64,000 nt of DNA from Gracilinanus agilis (lineage: Eukaryota), in contig NC_058130.1 in NCBI RefSeq assembly GCF_016433145.1, positions 656,681,225-656,745,224 on the forward strand. The letters run 5' to 3'. The position numbers and the translations under genes are program-made. The notes below the pieces were generated by a model. The model ran no database searches. It had not been told where the DNA came from and saw only the letters and a list, made by a program, of their open reading frames with translations. This document shows, in pieces, positions 24,540-38,491 of this stretch (its first letter is position 1; each line of letters begins with the position of its first letter).

Positions 24540-24780
24540 ATAGTTAGGAGTCAGTGAATAGAGGGGCTAATTTTGGGTCAGAAAGACCCAATCAATATTC
24601 AAATCTTCTCTCAGATATTTAGTACCTGTGTGATCCTGGGCAAGTTTGGGAAAGTTTATAAATGGAAGGTTGATTAATTTGGCATGGAATTGGCATAGTA
24701 ACTTACCAAGATGAAGGTGTCCAGGGGACGGAATCTATATTTATGTAGAGATTACCTATACCACAGAAATCATGGTTCAC
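24540..24780 (+). mobile_element. Marsupial CORE-SINE
   Basis: cagtgaatagag...gggtcagaaagacc...ctgtgtgatcctgggcaag; tail cctataccacagaaatcatgg. Confidence 0.5.
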
Positions 24781-25811
24781 TAAAGTGCAAAAGTATTTGT
24801 TATATGATGCTTTCAATATTATATTTTCCCAGGTTCAACAGTAGGCCTTAGTTTCTATGCTTGCCACCAATTAGTCAAATTGGATTCCTCTAAAAAAGGC
24901 ATATATTTCACTTTCAAGTAACTGAAACACAACATTCTTAGAGAATTCATAAAGAAATTTTTATTTAGAGAAAACTTTATTACGCATTTATATTTGCAAG
25001 GCCCTGTGCTAAGAATTAAAAAAATTAGAGAGAAAAATAAAAGTTCTTCTTTTTTGGTACTAAGACTATAAAATAACAATCATTTCAAATGAAATAACAA
25101 TAATTACAAAATTAAATGATATCAGCTACATTGTTAACTATTTCTTCAAGCAGATAATTTATAACCTTTGATTTCACAGGTTTCCATTCTTGCTCAAAAT
25201 AAATGAATTTTTAATATTTAAATAAACGTTTTTTTACTTTAAGATATAAATAATTACTTTCTAACAATAGAGAAACATTTTACTGTTTCAGTGGATTTAT
25301 AACCCTGATGTGCACATTCCTTCCTATCTTACAGATCATAACTCAGATATGTCTTCTCATTCTTTATGATTCTTATCCACAAAAGTACTTTTAGAAAATA
25401 ACCTGTCAATGCAAACAGCTTAGTAACCAAATAAAATAAACTATATAAGTAATAAATCTAAATTTCCATGGGAATTCAGTTAGATATTGCCAAAAACAAA
25501 ATCAATTATAATTCAATAGATAAAAATATTTTACTGCAAAGTAAATGTGGATAAGAAAACCTATTTTATAAAATGTTTTTTGGTTTAAGGAATATTATCA
25601 AAACATTCAAATTTAGGGATTTAAGAAAAATGGAAATTGTTAATATTATTTACTTAATTTCTATTATTAAAAATCTATCAGATTAGGAAGGAAAATGTTT
25701 TATTATAATTAAATTATCATAGATAAAAATTGATAGTTTGACTATATAATATGATAACACAAACTTAATATAGTTTAATAAAACAAAGCAACAAATGGGA
25801 AGTAGGTATTA

Positions 25812-26048
<237 letters not shown>

Positions 26049-28669
26049 TTAATAGAGTATATTAACATTAAAAAATAATGTAATGTATGGAAGTATAAAT
26101 GCCTTTCAGTACATCATTAGCATTTCATGACACCTAGAGCCTAAATGGAAAAAAAATTAAAAGTGCAGAAATGTATGTGTGCTTTATTTCATCATGGAAA
26201 GCACAAGTGTGTTCATTTTAGAATATTAGTACTAAGAAAAGGAGTAGGAAGAAAGAGGGAGAGAAGAAAGAAGAGATTTTGATCTTTAATTTTATAGATT
26301 ATGGAACTAAGTTAATCATAAATTATTACCTCTTCCATACTTGATCCTTATTTTAAGTAATATGTTATAATTAGTTATCAACAAAATTAATGATAGAGTT
26401 CGCCATAATTTAGCAAGTTTACAATTTTGTTACTATTTTTGCCTCTTTTAATACACTCTCTCAAACCAATATGTTGATATCAATCAAGTCATTCTCCTCC
26501 CTTCCCCAGTAATCAATAACCAATTTGAGTACCTTTGGAAGATAGGTTGATTTCTCAAATTATGTCAGTACAATGTCTGGAATGGATATAAGATAAATCC
26601 TAATCTTCCAAGACTAATTTGGAACACTGTAGGAAACCTCTAATTATTTTAAAAAGCTGTTAGAGAGTTCTCAAAAAATATCAATACAAAACATGTTTTC
26701 TGCCATATTTCTCCTGTTATTTAAAGGGAATGAGAGTATTATAATAATATAACCAATTAATATAATGATATAGTATTATTAATGTAGTAGTTCCCTACAT
26801 TTAGGAATAAAAAATGATACCCATATGTATTCACTGAATCCTGAACCTGTTGGGTAGACCTGGAAATAGGTTTATTGGGAGACATCTGTGACTCCTGAAG
26901 AATGGAAAGATCAATAAGCTGTTTTCAGTATGTTAATAGGATGTTAGGTGTGCTCAGGTGGACATCAGATATTAGTTAATGGAATCATCACAGTAGTTTT
27001 ACCAATAGATGTGAACAAAAGGATGTATTTAGATTATCAGACACTGAATGAGAGAAGTGAATCACAACATCATGACAGATGTTGTCCTGAATTGTCTTCT
27101 GTGTGGTTCATCAGCTTGATGAACCTTTATCATTTCATTCTCATTAGAGAAGAAAAAGAAAAAGTAGCCTTAAGCCAGCCTTTGAGTTTCTGAAAAATTT
27201 GAACTACTCTGAGATGTTAGCATAAATGGATATTCTCTGGAAAAATGCTATAAGGACTGGAGGGAAGATGACTGAACTTAGATCAGCTGAAGGCTGCTGG
27301 TCTAAACTGCTTACTCAAAAGTGCAGTTTGGTTAAATCTCCATCCAATAGGGAAGTCAAATATGAAATACTTGAGGACAGGAACTATTCTGTTGTTGTAG
27401 CTCTCAAACCTTAGTACAGTGCTTAGTTTCTGGTAGATATTTCTTGAATTCGTGTTTATTTAATTGAAATATATGAGTCACATGTGTCACCCTGAAAAGA
27501 TTTAATGCAGTTTACTTTGTCACATCCAGAGAATTATTATAAATTCAAGCCATTCTTGGGTTTTGTTGGTCACCAGTAGAGAACTGTGAAGAGCTTTTCC
27601 ATCTTCGAAAAATTCCTCTATTTATCTCTCTTGGCAAAACCACAAGGAGAAGGCCAAAATGAAATTTCTGAGACTGAATTCCTAACAGATAAAAGCCTTG
27701 AAAAAGTTGCTCTTCAGAAATTTAGAGATTCTTTCATTAAGGATTCATTAGTCCCTTAAGGATAAAAAATGTGAACAAAATTTTCAAGGATTTTGCTAGC
27801 TAGCACATAGACTAATTGGTTTTGATTTTTGACAGTCCAAGCAAATCTTTTGTGCCACACATCATGATCAGATTAGATGCCAAAGGAGTAGTTTTCAAGA
27901 AAAGAAAGATAGCGACCATGCAGAAACCTTAGATAATGAAGACCCAGAAAAGCAAGTGATCACTACTAAAATCCTAGAAAATACCAATTAGTTTTTTTTT
28001 AATGGGAATGATATTAAAGAAGATACAATAGCATCTACTTTACCACTGCACATCCTAAAGACCGTCAAGCTTTTACAAGTAATTTGCAACAGAAATTTCC
28101 TAAATGTTTTATCTCTCCTAGTTTAAATGTGAATCTTTTGGAAGCCGGCACATTCTTCACATTTTTATCCTCAGAGCTTTGCATATAGAATGAGTTTAAT
28201 GAAACTTCTTTCATTCATATCAGAAGTCTATTTTGTTTATTGAGCGGGAACTCATTGTTAGAAAAACTTATCCCACCTGTGATTTGGTTTTGATATTAAA
28301 TATTTTTGAAAATTACAAAGTATGTAGATGCACACTTCATTTTTAGAAGTGGGTGGGCAACATCTTATTGAACTATTTTCTCACAAATGCTAAGTTGGAT
28401 GCCACCAATGAGAACTGGTTAACTACCATGTCAACTAGGAGTAGAGTACTGATTTGAAGGAAGTAACAGATAAAGGCGCATGCATCAGAAACACAGAGAT
28501 CCCCACAGAAAAAATAAAAGTGATTTATGATATGAGTAGAGCAGGGCTTCTATCATGGGGAATTCTGGGATTTCATTTTTAGAGTATGTCATCAGAGGAA
28601 GAAAATCACAATACTCTGAGTCAAGGCAAACATAAAAAGTTAAATAAAGCAAACAGTAGCACAGTGAAT

Positions 28670-28890
28670 GGGCAAAGTACTTAGAGTCATGAAGATTTGA
28701 ATTAAAATACTGCATCAGCCAATTACTAGCTTTGTAACCTTGGCAAATCACTAAATTTCACTGTGCCTCAGTTTCCTTATCTATAAAAGGGGACAACACC
28801 TCCACTCAAGGTCTGATGTGAAGATAAAATTAAATAATATTTGTAAAATGCTTTACAAATCATGAAGCCACTACATAATTCTAACTATAT
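28670..28890 (+). mobile_element. MIR SINE
   Basis: tagctttgtaaccttggcaaatcact...ctgtgcctcagtttccttatctataaaagggga. Confidence 0.7.
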
Positions 28891-29059
28891 CATTGTTTTC
28901 TTGTTATTGGCATCTTGAATCTGAAGATGAAGGTCTGTGAGTAATAGTAGCCAAAAACTAGAAATTTCTGAAGGAGCAGAATATGCCCTAATATAAATAT
29001 TACTATATAATACAGAATGTTACCTAATGAAATTATTATGTAATAAAGTTATTTAATAG

Positions 29060-29870
29060 GATACATTTATTAAGTACCAAATACTTTGTCATTTATTATG
29101 TTAGTCGCTAAGGATACAAAAAGCTCTCATTCTAATGGGGGAGACAACATACAACAACTATATACATACAAACCATTTACAGAATAAATAAGAAATTTTG
29201 AAAAAACAACTGAGAAACCACTAGAGTTAAGACAGATAGAGAACATTTTCTTATAGAAGATGGGACAGTCAAAGAAAATGCCTTGTATGGGAAGATGAAT
29301 GACGTGAGGAAAGTAAGGAGATCGGTGTCACTGGGTCACCAACTGAGGGGCGGGGAGTGAGGTGCTGGAAGAATGGGAAGGTGGGGAACCTGTGTGGGGT
29401 TGGGGAAGGGTTGCTTATGAAGGACTTTGAGCAACAAAAGGAGGGCTTTGTATTTGAACCTGGAGGTGATAGGAAGCCACTGGGGTTTATTGTGTATGTG
29501 TGTGATAGGGTTTAATATAGTTGAATGTGTGCCTTAGGAAAATTACTCTGGTGGGTGAATGGAGGATGAACTATATCGGAGAAGAAGTCTGTGGCAGGCA
29601 AACCCACTAGCAAGTTACTGACATTGTCCAGACGGCAGATGACGAGGTGGTGACAGGGTGGTGGCACTGTCAGAATGGTGATAGTGTCAGAGTAGAAAGG
29701 GGAGCTTATGTGAGAAATTATGATAAAATTGACAGGCCCTGGCAACAGACTGGGTATAGGAAGAGGGAGTGAGAAATAGAGGATGGCACCCAAAAGTTTC
29801 AAGTCTGGATGACCAGGAAAGTGGTGGAGTTTTCAAAAGTAACAAGGACGTTTGGAATGGAGGAAGAATA
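29060..29870 (-). mobile_element. L2 fragment
   Basis: catttattaagtacc...tctaatgggggagacaac...ggaggtgataggaagccactgg...ccctggcaacagactgg. Confidence 0.7.
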
Positions 29871-31189
29871 CAGTACTATTGGAATAGGAAACAGAACTGT
29901 GATTTTACTAGCATAGGGATCTTCTTGGGAAAATTCCCCCTCTCAGTATAAGTTTGTATGGTCTGTGAGGTGGTCTTAGAAGACTACTGAGATGAATGAG
30001 AGTAAAAATGACTTGTTTAATATGTCAAATAACTAAATGGCATATACAAAACTTGAACCCAGGATTTCCTGGCTTCCAGGGCAGATTTATAATTAACTAT
30101 GGAGAGAGAGAGAGAGAGAAAAACATACGCAGTATATAGATAGAGATATCTATATGCACAAACAAAATATATGTATACAAACAAATTAATACATCTATAC
30201 ACTAGAATATACTATGCTAATCTATATAATATATTATATAATAAATAATATAACATAATATAAAATGATAAAAATCCAATTCAGGATATACATAGAAAAT
30301 TATCATTACCCACATCTTACCAGACCATGGCCAAGAAAACCCTTTGAGTTCTTAAGTAAATAAAAAACTGAAAATCTGCTGTGTTACAAATTCAACCATC
30401 CTTGAAGAGAAGGAGAAAAAAAGTATTTCTAGAACTGTGTAGCAAGTGTACAAATAAATGTACTACCAGCAGGAGGTACCCAGATTTATTACAGTCAGGT
30501 TAAAGGGATTAAGAATAAATTACTCAGTGAGATGCTTAACTTGGCATGAATTTAAAAAAGTATCCATGTTGGGAAAACAGACATATTAATGCACTGTTTC
30601 AGGATATATTTTTATTCCATTTAATTACTAGTTTTCTCTATCAATGACAGAGATATCTCCTATTGGTGCCAAACGGTTCTTCATCTAAAACTTTATATGT
30701 TTGACCTCTGATGGACTCTGGGCCTTTCAGGAAGGGACAAAAGTTGTCACATGCTTCACTTTCTGAAGCTACCCCACTGTAAAGTGCCACCAGACATGGG
30801 CAGGGACAAAGGACACATATTAAAATTGTTTCCTTTTATCATCTCTTCTCTTCCTTTTCTGAGTACTAATGGTGTGGTTCTGCTGATCTACATCTGAACT
30901 ATCTTGCACCACAAAACCCATATCAAGTGTGACATAAAAAGGAAGGATTGATATCTGCTTGCCAAAGGTCTCTGCCGTCATCATATGCAATGCAGAATCA
31001 AAATGGAAGGACTCCTAAAGAGGTATTCCAAGTATTCCTGTTTCTAGATGGTATCATGTTAGCTCAGATGAGAATATTATTAGGTGTCCTAAATGATATC
31101 TATTATAATTATTCAAAATGCTTTAGACTAACATTTGCAAAGGTTAAAAAATGAATGGATGAAGAATAGTTACTGTCAAAACAATATGC

Positions 31190-31745
31190 AATTGGATAGA
31201 AAATCCATAAGTATTTGAACCAACTCTGGGAATAGACAATTAGTTAGGTCCAGAAATTAAACTAGAAGAGGAATGTAGGCTGTATTGCCCTTGTGAAAGT
31301 GTGCAGAGCTTTTAAGGGACTTGAGCTTCTTCTTGAAACAAAGATCTATCTTTTTAATCATTTAATTATTTTTCTGGTAATGCTCTATGGGCCATGTCAT
31401 GTCATTCTCTGAAGAACTGTAATAACAAGTTAATCAAATGGTGATGTAGAGGGCTACTGTACAGGAGAATAGGAATTTGTTACATATTATCAAAGAAGAG
31501 GTGGACAGCAGAAAAGATGTACATCTAGAAAGGAGGTGAGTCAGACACATAAAAAGAGGTAATGAAGACTGATGGATAGACTGAGTGCTCCAGATATATT
31601 CACACAATATGAAGGGATCTGGAGTAAGGTGCTTAGAATATGAAGGCATATATATATCCTTCATGAGACATTGGCAAGTCACAAATGATGGGTGGGTGTG
31701 AGATTTTAGTTTCCCAGAAAATGAGATTATAAATCCATGAAAATA
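31190..31745 (+). mobile_element. RTE-clade LINE 3' region, decayed
   Basis: ccagaaattaaactagaagagga, cttcttcttgaaacaaagatctatctttttaat, gatggatagactgagtgctcca, ggcaagtcaca match RTE ORF-end motifs in order. Confidence 0.55.
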
Positions 31746-33419
31746 AGAAACAAGTATTATTTTAACAACAACTTCATTGAATCGCAATAAAAAAGTTTGG
31801 ACAAAGTTTAATATTTTTATTGAATCTTCTCTATTAGATGGCCATAAAATATTTATAGGTTGAAATTAAAAGATATTTTTAAAACTTCCAATTAGACATT
31901 AGAAAGGATTAAAGATGCAGTTTCAAAAAATACAAAAGTGATATCCTAAGGAATGTTAATTCTTTAAGAATTATAGTCAAAAGATGTTTTTTTTCAAAAT
32001 GCACTATTTCTTTCCACATTGATCTTTTATAAGCTTCTAAGAAATAGATGAGGCAGTGAGTTTTTAACCTCCATTAATTAAGTGAAAATGTGTAATGACT
32101 ATCCTGTGTATACAGAAGCAAACAGTTCAGTGTGTTTATACTAAAACCCAGAACTGTGCTACAATTTTTTGAAAAATGAGTATCATCATCCAGTGTACAG
32201 TGATTTAAGTAGAAAATTGTTTTTTTTTAATTGAATCTCCTTGGTTAGACTGATACTATGTAAATCAATACTCCAAGAATACTGAAATACTGCATTCATA
32301 TAATTATTTGTAACACATTTATTATGCAAACTGTTAGAAAATTTCCAAAAAAGTTCTAAAATTTACCCATGCAAATCTTTAAACAAATAAGTTCTGTCTT
32401 TAAACTAAAAAAATACATTTGTTTATGGTTTTAAGAAGTGATTTATTGTTAAAATTCACAAGTTAATATTAAAATTCATTTATATTAAAGCAAACAGTCA
32501 TTTAAATGTTTACTTTTTGTTTTGAATTTCCAAGTAATTTTACCTAATTCATAGAGGATAGATCCTGCTATCATTATCTAACCTTTGGTAAGGAAGTTAT
32601 TGATCTTTCTTCAAAAGTTGTACTTGACTACTAAATTATTGATTCTGTAAGATTAAAATGAATATCCAATAACTCCAAGTATTATATTTTATAAGATTTA
32701 TTGATAATTACTTAAAGTAAAAGAAATAAAAGACGAAAAGTAAAATCCTGAGTAAAGAGAAATTTTCCCAGCTGTGTAGGAAGTGAGAGAGAAGGGTGGG
32801 GTCCCAGAAACTTTATCTCCAAAATATAAGGATGTAATGTAAGAACAAAAGTGGGATGCTGGGGATTGGAATTTTGGGGAGCAGATTCTAATTACACAAT
32901 TCTACACCTCTCGAGTTTTCTCTCTTTAATGGGGGTTAAGTTAAGAAACACATATGTATTATACTCTGTACTGAATTTTAAAAGCCATTTCTCTTCTAGC
33001 CATATAGTTCTTAATATTTGCTGAGAGAGAAGTCTTTGTTGAATTTATTACAATCACTCAAAAAATTTCTCTAAAATTTATTTGGTAAAAGTGCTTATTT
33101 TTCTTTATAATTACATTTTTTTCAGTTTCAGCTAAACATTGTATGATCTATGCAATACATTTTACTTTGATTTTGAAATATATTAAATTTTATCCATATA
33201 CTATCTACCTGACCATTGGATTTTCTAGAAAGTTTAGATTTCTTCATGAAAACTTTAATAAATATTAACATTATTAAAATAGCTTAATAAAAATAACTAG
33301 ATACTTTCAGTGAATTTTTAAATGAATCTATGATTTAATTAATAAGGATGTTCCCTCCATGACCTATCTAATGTTCTCTTCTCCCACAATCATTGCTTAT
33401 AATAATTATAACAATAAGA

Positions 33420-33660
33420 ATAATAAGAAACATAATGCTTACTATGTGGGAGGCACTGTGCTAAGCACTTCACAAATATCTCATTTAGTACTCACAACTC
33501 TGGGAGCTGAGAATTGTTAATAATTTTGCCAGTGAGTCAGTGCTGTATTCATTTTTCAGAGAAGAAAACTGAGGTATAGAAGTATTAACTGACTTCCCTA
33601 AGGATGCATAGCTACTGAATAGTAGAAGATAAGGGCCTAGCTCTCCAATTCCTATTGCAG
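33420..33660 (-). mobile_element. MIR SINE
   Basis: ggcactgtgctaagcacttcaca...atctcatttag...tttttcagagaagaaaactgagg. Confidence 0.65.
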
Positions 33661-33794
33661 AGTTCTTTCCTCGTAACTACATAATACATTTTGGAAAAGA
33701 GCAATTGACTATTTTTTTAAGTAAAAAATAAGCTTAGGCTTCTCAAACAGGTTTCCTTGTAACTAGTTTCAAATAAAAAGTCACCTTTCTTCTT

Positions 33795-33980
33795 TGAGGA
33801 GGCAATGATACACTGGGGAAATAGCACTGGTTTTTGAGCCAGATGTAATATGTTCAAATTCTAGCTCTGCTACCTGTGTGACCTTAGACTATTGTAAACA
33901 CTCTGAATCTCAGTTTCCCCAGTTGAAAATATAAGAAGTTGCCATATTTTATCTTTAAGTTTCTTTCCAGCTATGAGTTT
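33795..33980 (+). mobile_element. MIR3-like SINE
   Basis: atagcactgg...gttcaaattctagctctgctacctgtgtgacctt...ctcagtttcc...tctttaagtttctttccagct. Confidence 0.6.
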
Positions 33981-34009
33981 TACCATCTTATTGTTGGTTG
34001 GTGAAGCAA

Positions 34010-34115
34010 TAGGCCTGGACTTGGGAATTCCATGAATTCATGCCTCTGTTGAGGGAATTTCCTAAACTCATGCAAGTTAGCATCTTCTCCACAACATTTA
34101 GTCTTAAAGAGTTGC
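34010..34115 (-). mobile_element. Marsupial CORE-SINE tail fragment
   Basis: Reverse complement ggcaactctttaagactaaatgttgtggagaagatgctaacttgcatg. Confidence 0.45.
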
Positions 34116-34559
34116 CTAAAGCAGAAGTATACAAACTTTTTCTGTAAAGAAACAAAATAGTAAACAATAAATTCAAAATATAATAATAATGTACACTTTT
34201 GTAATACAGGTCTAGTAATGAGGACAATAGAATTCTTATTTTGTGGAGGATGAAAAACTTTTGGCTTAATTTTTGCTTAAGATTCAGAATTAGTGTTTCT
34301 TATTATCCAAATCAGTTGCAAATGTTCTTTTATAAATGCTAATTTATAATGAAATTTCATGTGTTTGGCTTTGAAAGCATCTTTTCAAACAGATATTATT
34401 AGGAAATACTTACATTAAGTTTTTATAGCATATTATGTTTAAATCAATCAAAAAGCTAATAGTCTAAGTTCACTTTTTCTGGACACATTTCTTAAGCTGT
34501 GACAATTAAACCTGATTTAATTCACTATAAGTATTATCAACTACAAATGATTTAGCTAT

Positions 34560-34860
34560 TCTGATTAATACAATAATACAAGACAATTCCAAAGGACTAA
34601 GGATGAAAAATACTTTCAATTTCTGGGGAGAGAACTGTTGGAGTCTGAATACAAACTGAAGTAGAATGTTTTCACTTTATTTTTCTTGCTCTTTTTTTAA
34701 ACGTAGCAAATACTGAAATATAAATAATTGACATCACTTTTCTTTCTTGCTTTCTTAATGGGCAGAAGGAGGGATGGAAGTGAGGTAAGGAATTCAGAAG
34801 TCATGTAAAATTATTGTTAAAAGTATGTAATAAATTTGTAAAAAAATAAAAATAAATGTA
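34560..34860 (+). mobile_element. Old L1 3'UTR fragment
   Basis: caagacaattccaaaggact...gagagaactgttggagtctgaatacaaactgaag; A-rich end. Confidence 0.65.
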
Positions 34861-35894
34861 ATTCACCTCAACAAATGACTTTCCTTACTTGGCTAATAAA
34901 GGGCCACTCTGAAACTTACTTGTTTGGAATTTTGTTTTTGTCAAAAATATTCTACTGTGATAAGATATTCTGTTTTACATTTTCTCACTTTTTTCTGACT
35001 TGCTTTCCTATAAGTTAGGGATATTGGGATAAGTGCTTAATCTGATAATGCTAATGTATATTTTTTCTGGCACAGTTATATTGAATAATAAATGCAATAA
35101 TGTTTTGCCATCTAATTCTATAGCAAATAATCCATACTAAACAATGTCTTAAAAGGCCTACTTTTGAAGTCCAATTTTCTCTTCTTCTCTTCTTTGGATA
35201 TGATGAAAATGGCCTGGTAATTAAAAAATATATATTGTGGTATGACTATACATGTGGCATTTGAAAGTGCTGTTGAGTTATAATTGCATCATTGCAATTC
35301 ATAGTGCTCTCAACCACAGTGCAAAATGATGAGAAAAGCCATATCATAATTATTTCACACTACTAGTAGCACAAAATTAGCCATAGGTAAACAAATGAGA
35401 ATGGCAGTTTTCCAATGAAGTTTAGTTATGAGTACTGAAATTTAAATTTCATGTAGTTTTCATGTGTTATGAAGTATTTAAATTCTTTGGATTTTTTTCA
35501 ATTATTTAAAAATGTAAAAACCGTTCCTAGTTCCCAAGCCATATATCCTTAGTTTGCCAATTCCTAGCTAAGAGCATGAAGACATTAAAGGACTTACCTC
35601 AAATCACAAAAGTATATGTGCCAGACATGGGTCTTAAACCCAGGTTTTCCTAGATCTGCAGATGCTACACAATTTATAGGGCCAAAAAATGCAAAATCTA
35701 AATTTTCTTTTCAACAGCACAGCTCTGGGCCTCTTCGCTCATTATTTCCAATTCTTGCTTGGTCTAAGACTAAAGGATCTAGAATTTTTCTGGATGGTCT
35801 AGAAATTACTTTGCTAGCCATTATCATTTGGTGCTATATTCTTTGTATATTCTATTTATCTCCTTTCAGTTTCTCATCAATAGTTCTCTTTTTA

Positions 35895-36231
35895 TTTTTC
35901 TTTTCTTTTTTAATTTTTTAATATTTATTTTTTAGAAAAGTTAACATGGTTACATGATTCATGCTCCTACTTTCCCCTTCACCCCCCACACTCCCCCCAC
36001 CCATGGCAGACGCATATTTCCACTGGTTTTATCATGTGTTTCCAAATTGTGGATAGTTGCAGGTGTGGTCGTTTCGGGTCTACATCCCCAATCATGTCCA
36101 CCTCAACCTATGTATTCAAGCAGTTGTTTTTCTTCTGTTTCCACTCCTGCAGTTCTTCCTCTGAATGTGGGTAGCATTCTTTACCATAAATCCCTCAGAG
36201 CTGTCCTGGGTCATTGTATTGCTGCTGGTAA
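35895..36231 (-). mobile_element. Young 5'-truncated L1 3'UTR, same sense as CSMD3
   Basis: gcagttcttcctctgaatgtgggtagcattct, aagcagttgtttttcttctgtttcc; T-rich tail; 11-bp TSD ttctcttttta (35884-35894, 36232-36242). Confidence 0.88.
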
Positions 36232-36554
36232 TTCTCTTTTTAAAGTATCGTCTATCCCTTCTTTTGAATTGTAATACTCCAAGAGTACTTCACCAGGAAA
36301 GAACTGTCAACTAGGCAATAAGTAGATAAGTAGCTTTGAGTCATGGAATGACACAGTCTGAAGAATTACAGGAATCTAGGTCCATAGCATTATCCCATTA
36401 GACAAAATGAGTTCATACCTAGTCAAAGAGTTAACCTTGTCAAAGAATTGTCAGAACTTCTTCAAGAAATATTATCATTGTCAAGGTCAGTACTAGGTCA
36501 GTGGCAAATGTTTTTCTGGCTTGTATAAGCCTTTTCATACTTAGACACAATTGG

Positions 36555-36850
36555 TCACCTTAAGGTTTATAACACACTTTACATACATAATCTCATTTAT
36601 TTATCACCAATTTATGAGGTAGGTATTCTAAGAATAGAATATTCCCAAAGTCTTAGCACAATGTTAAGCTATAATACAGCAAAATTGTATTGTCCTAAGA
36701 CTTTGGGGATACCCTACATTATTTGCCCCATTTTACAAATGAATAAATAGAATTCCAAGGAAGTTAAATGACTTCTTATGATCACACAATTATTAATGTT
36801 TAGGGCAAAATCTTAACCCAGAACTCTCTGACCCTGATTCCATTTTGTAT
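36555..36850 (-). mobile_element. MIR SINE, interrupted
   Basis: cccattttacaaatgaataaa...gttaaatgacttcttatgatcacac. Confidence 0.5.
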
Positions 36851-38299
36851 TTTTCTGTAAATATTTCTTTGGGAATACAGTATATTGTCCTATTAGAATG
36901 TAGAGTTCCTTGAAAACAAGAACAATTTCACTTTGGTTTTTGTGTTGCCAGCACAACAAAAAGACTGATAGTCTGTAATTAATTAATGTGCATTCATTGA
37001 ATGAAGTCTGGTGCTCTTTCAACTATACCACATTGCCTCTGGTGCATAGAAAAGTAACAGTTTAACTGCACTTCACATCTGATATCCTGTCCAGGTTTCA
37101 TATCCAGAGAACAAGATGCCTTTCCCAAAATTAACTCATCTCTTTTAAACTCACCATCATTCTGCTAATCTGGAGCTTTACCAGCTCCCTCAGCCTCCTT
37201 TCCTCTCTCACTGGAAGGCTGGAGGGTAGAATAACAAAGTCCTCCCAAAGCCTTCTTTTATGGAGAGGAGAAATCACTTATCTTATTCTACTTTTCATGT
37301 ACTACCCTGTCTCATTTTAATGCCATAGAATAAAATAACCACCAAGTCAGATACTCAGGGTAATTTCAAATGTTCCTTGTAAAAATTTCATTTATACATA
37401 ATACATTGGATTTAATTCATCAAAAAAAGTCCATAGGAAAGGTAAGAAAGCCAGGTGAACGACACAAAAATGGTAGAAAAGAAAGAAAAGAAATCAAGGA
37501 AACACAAAAATATGCAGAAAGAAAGAAGGTTAGAAGTGAATGCAGACATGTACAGGAGTTTTGCTTAACTTAATGTAAAAGTAAAATAAAAGATATATTG
37601 AACATAACAGAAATTCATAATTTCACAGACAATTCTTTATTCTTTGTGGACTTAAGTAAGTATATATCATTAAAATAATTCAAAGAAGTATCTTTAAAAT
37701 AGACACTTTGGAGGCAAAAGAAAACGGAGAAGGAATTTTTCAGTTCCCTAGAAGCAGAAATCTCTGATTGTCCTGCTACACATATTCAGTGAAATTCCCA
37801 ATATTTTTTCCTTTTTATATACTAGATATGACTTTAATCTTTATTAGAGGCAAATATTACATGAGAATTGAATATAATTTGCATTTCTGAAAGTAGGGCT
37901 GTTAACTTCAGGACATTGTTTTCTTTTATCCCTGAAAAATGTTTCTTAGGAATGAAAAAGTGGTCCCCTTTTTTTCTAATCAGTGGTTTTTAAAAAGTGG
38001 AAAATTAGTCCAGAAAATATGCTAGGGTTTGGATTATATTGCTTATGATAAAAACACATAATTGAAGTAGGTTCCTGGACAAAGTAAGAGCAGCATAAAT
38101 GGCAATATAATGGTAATGTAATGGGTAAAGAGATTTAGGCCCTGTTAGATTCAGAGCAGTATATGTTTTGGTCACAGTTCAGTGAGAAATCCTAAAGGAG
38201 CTGCTGCTACTGGTGATCACAGATTGTTTACTGGCCATTCCCAGCCTCCCTGTCTCTTCCCCACACCCTTGCCCCCCAGCTATGCTACACTGAGCATAG

Positions 38300-38382
38300 A
38301 GTATTGGAAAGAACATTGGAGTTAGAGAAGTTGGGAACAAAGTCTGTCTCTGCTTTTCACTTTTTTTAAAAAGTTAAGCAAA
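38300..38382 (+). mobile_element. MIR 5' half; 3' half at 39556-39620, split by the U6-L1 insertion
   Basis: ggaaagaacattggagttagagaag...tctctgct...ttaagcaaa continues as ttaagcaaattacttcatc...gtgcctcagtctccttatctata. Confidence 0.6.
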
Positions 38383-38383
38383 G

Positions 38384-38491
38384 GTGCTTGCTTCAGCAAG
38401 CACATGTGCTAAAATTGGAACAATCTAGAGAAGATTAGCATGGCCCCTGCAGAAGGATGACACTCAATTCCATGAAGCATTCCATATTTTT
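38384..38491 (+). pseudogene. RNU6: Full-length U6 snRNA retrocopy (5' part of a U6-L1 chimera)
   Basis: gtgcttgcttcagcaagcacatgtgctaaaattggaacaatctagagaagattagcatggcccctgcagaaggatgacactcaattccatgaagcattccatattttt; roughly 13 substitutions plus 1 insertion versus U6; ACAGAGA box mutated. Confidence 0.95.

Noticed and set aside
26850-27960. CR1/L3 ORF2 remnants
   Set aside because: A few motif-level similarities (e.g. aagtgatcacta) but too decayed to delimit without an alignment.
31420-31770. Additional solo LTR
   Set aside because: The sequence continues the RTE LINE 3' motifs from 31190; no TSD found.
35272-35314. miRNA-like hairpin (gttgag...aattgca-tcat-tgcaatt...ctcaac)
   Set aside because: Only 7+6 bp of perfect pairing with bulges, ~43 nt long; too short and AT-rich for a pre-miRNA and plausible by chance.
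38384-38491. Functional U6 snRNA gene
   Set aside because: ACAGAGA box mutated, many CpG-type changes, no recognisable upstream PSE/TATA promoter, and fused to L1 within a TSD.
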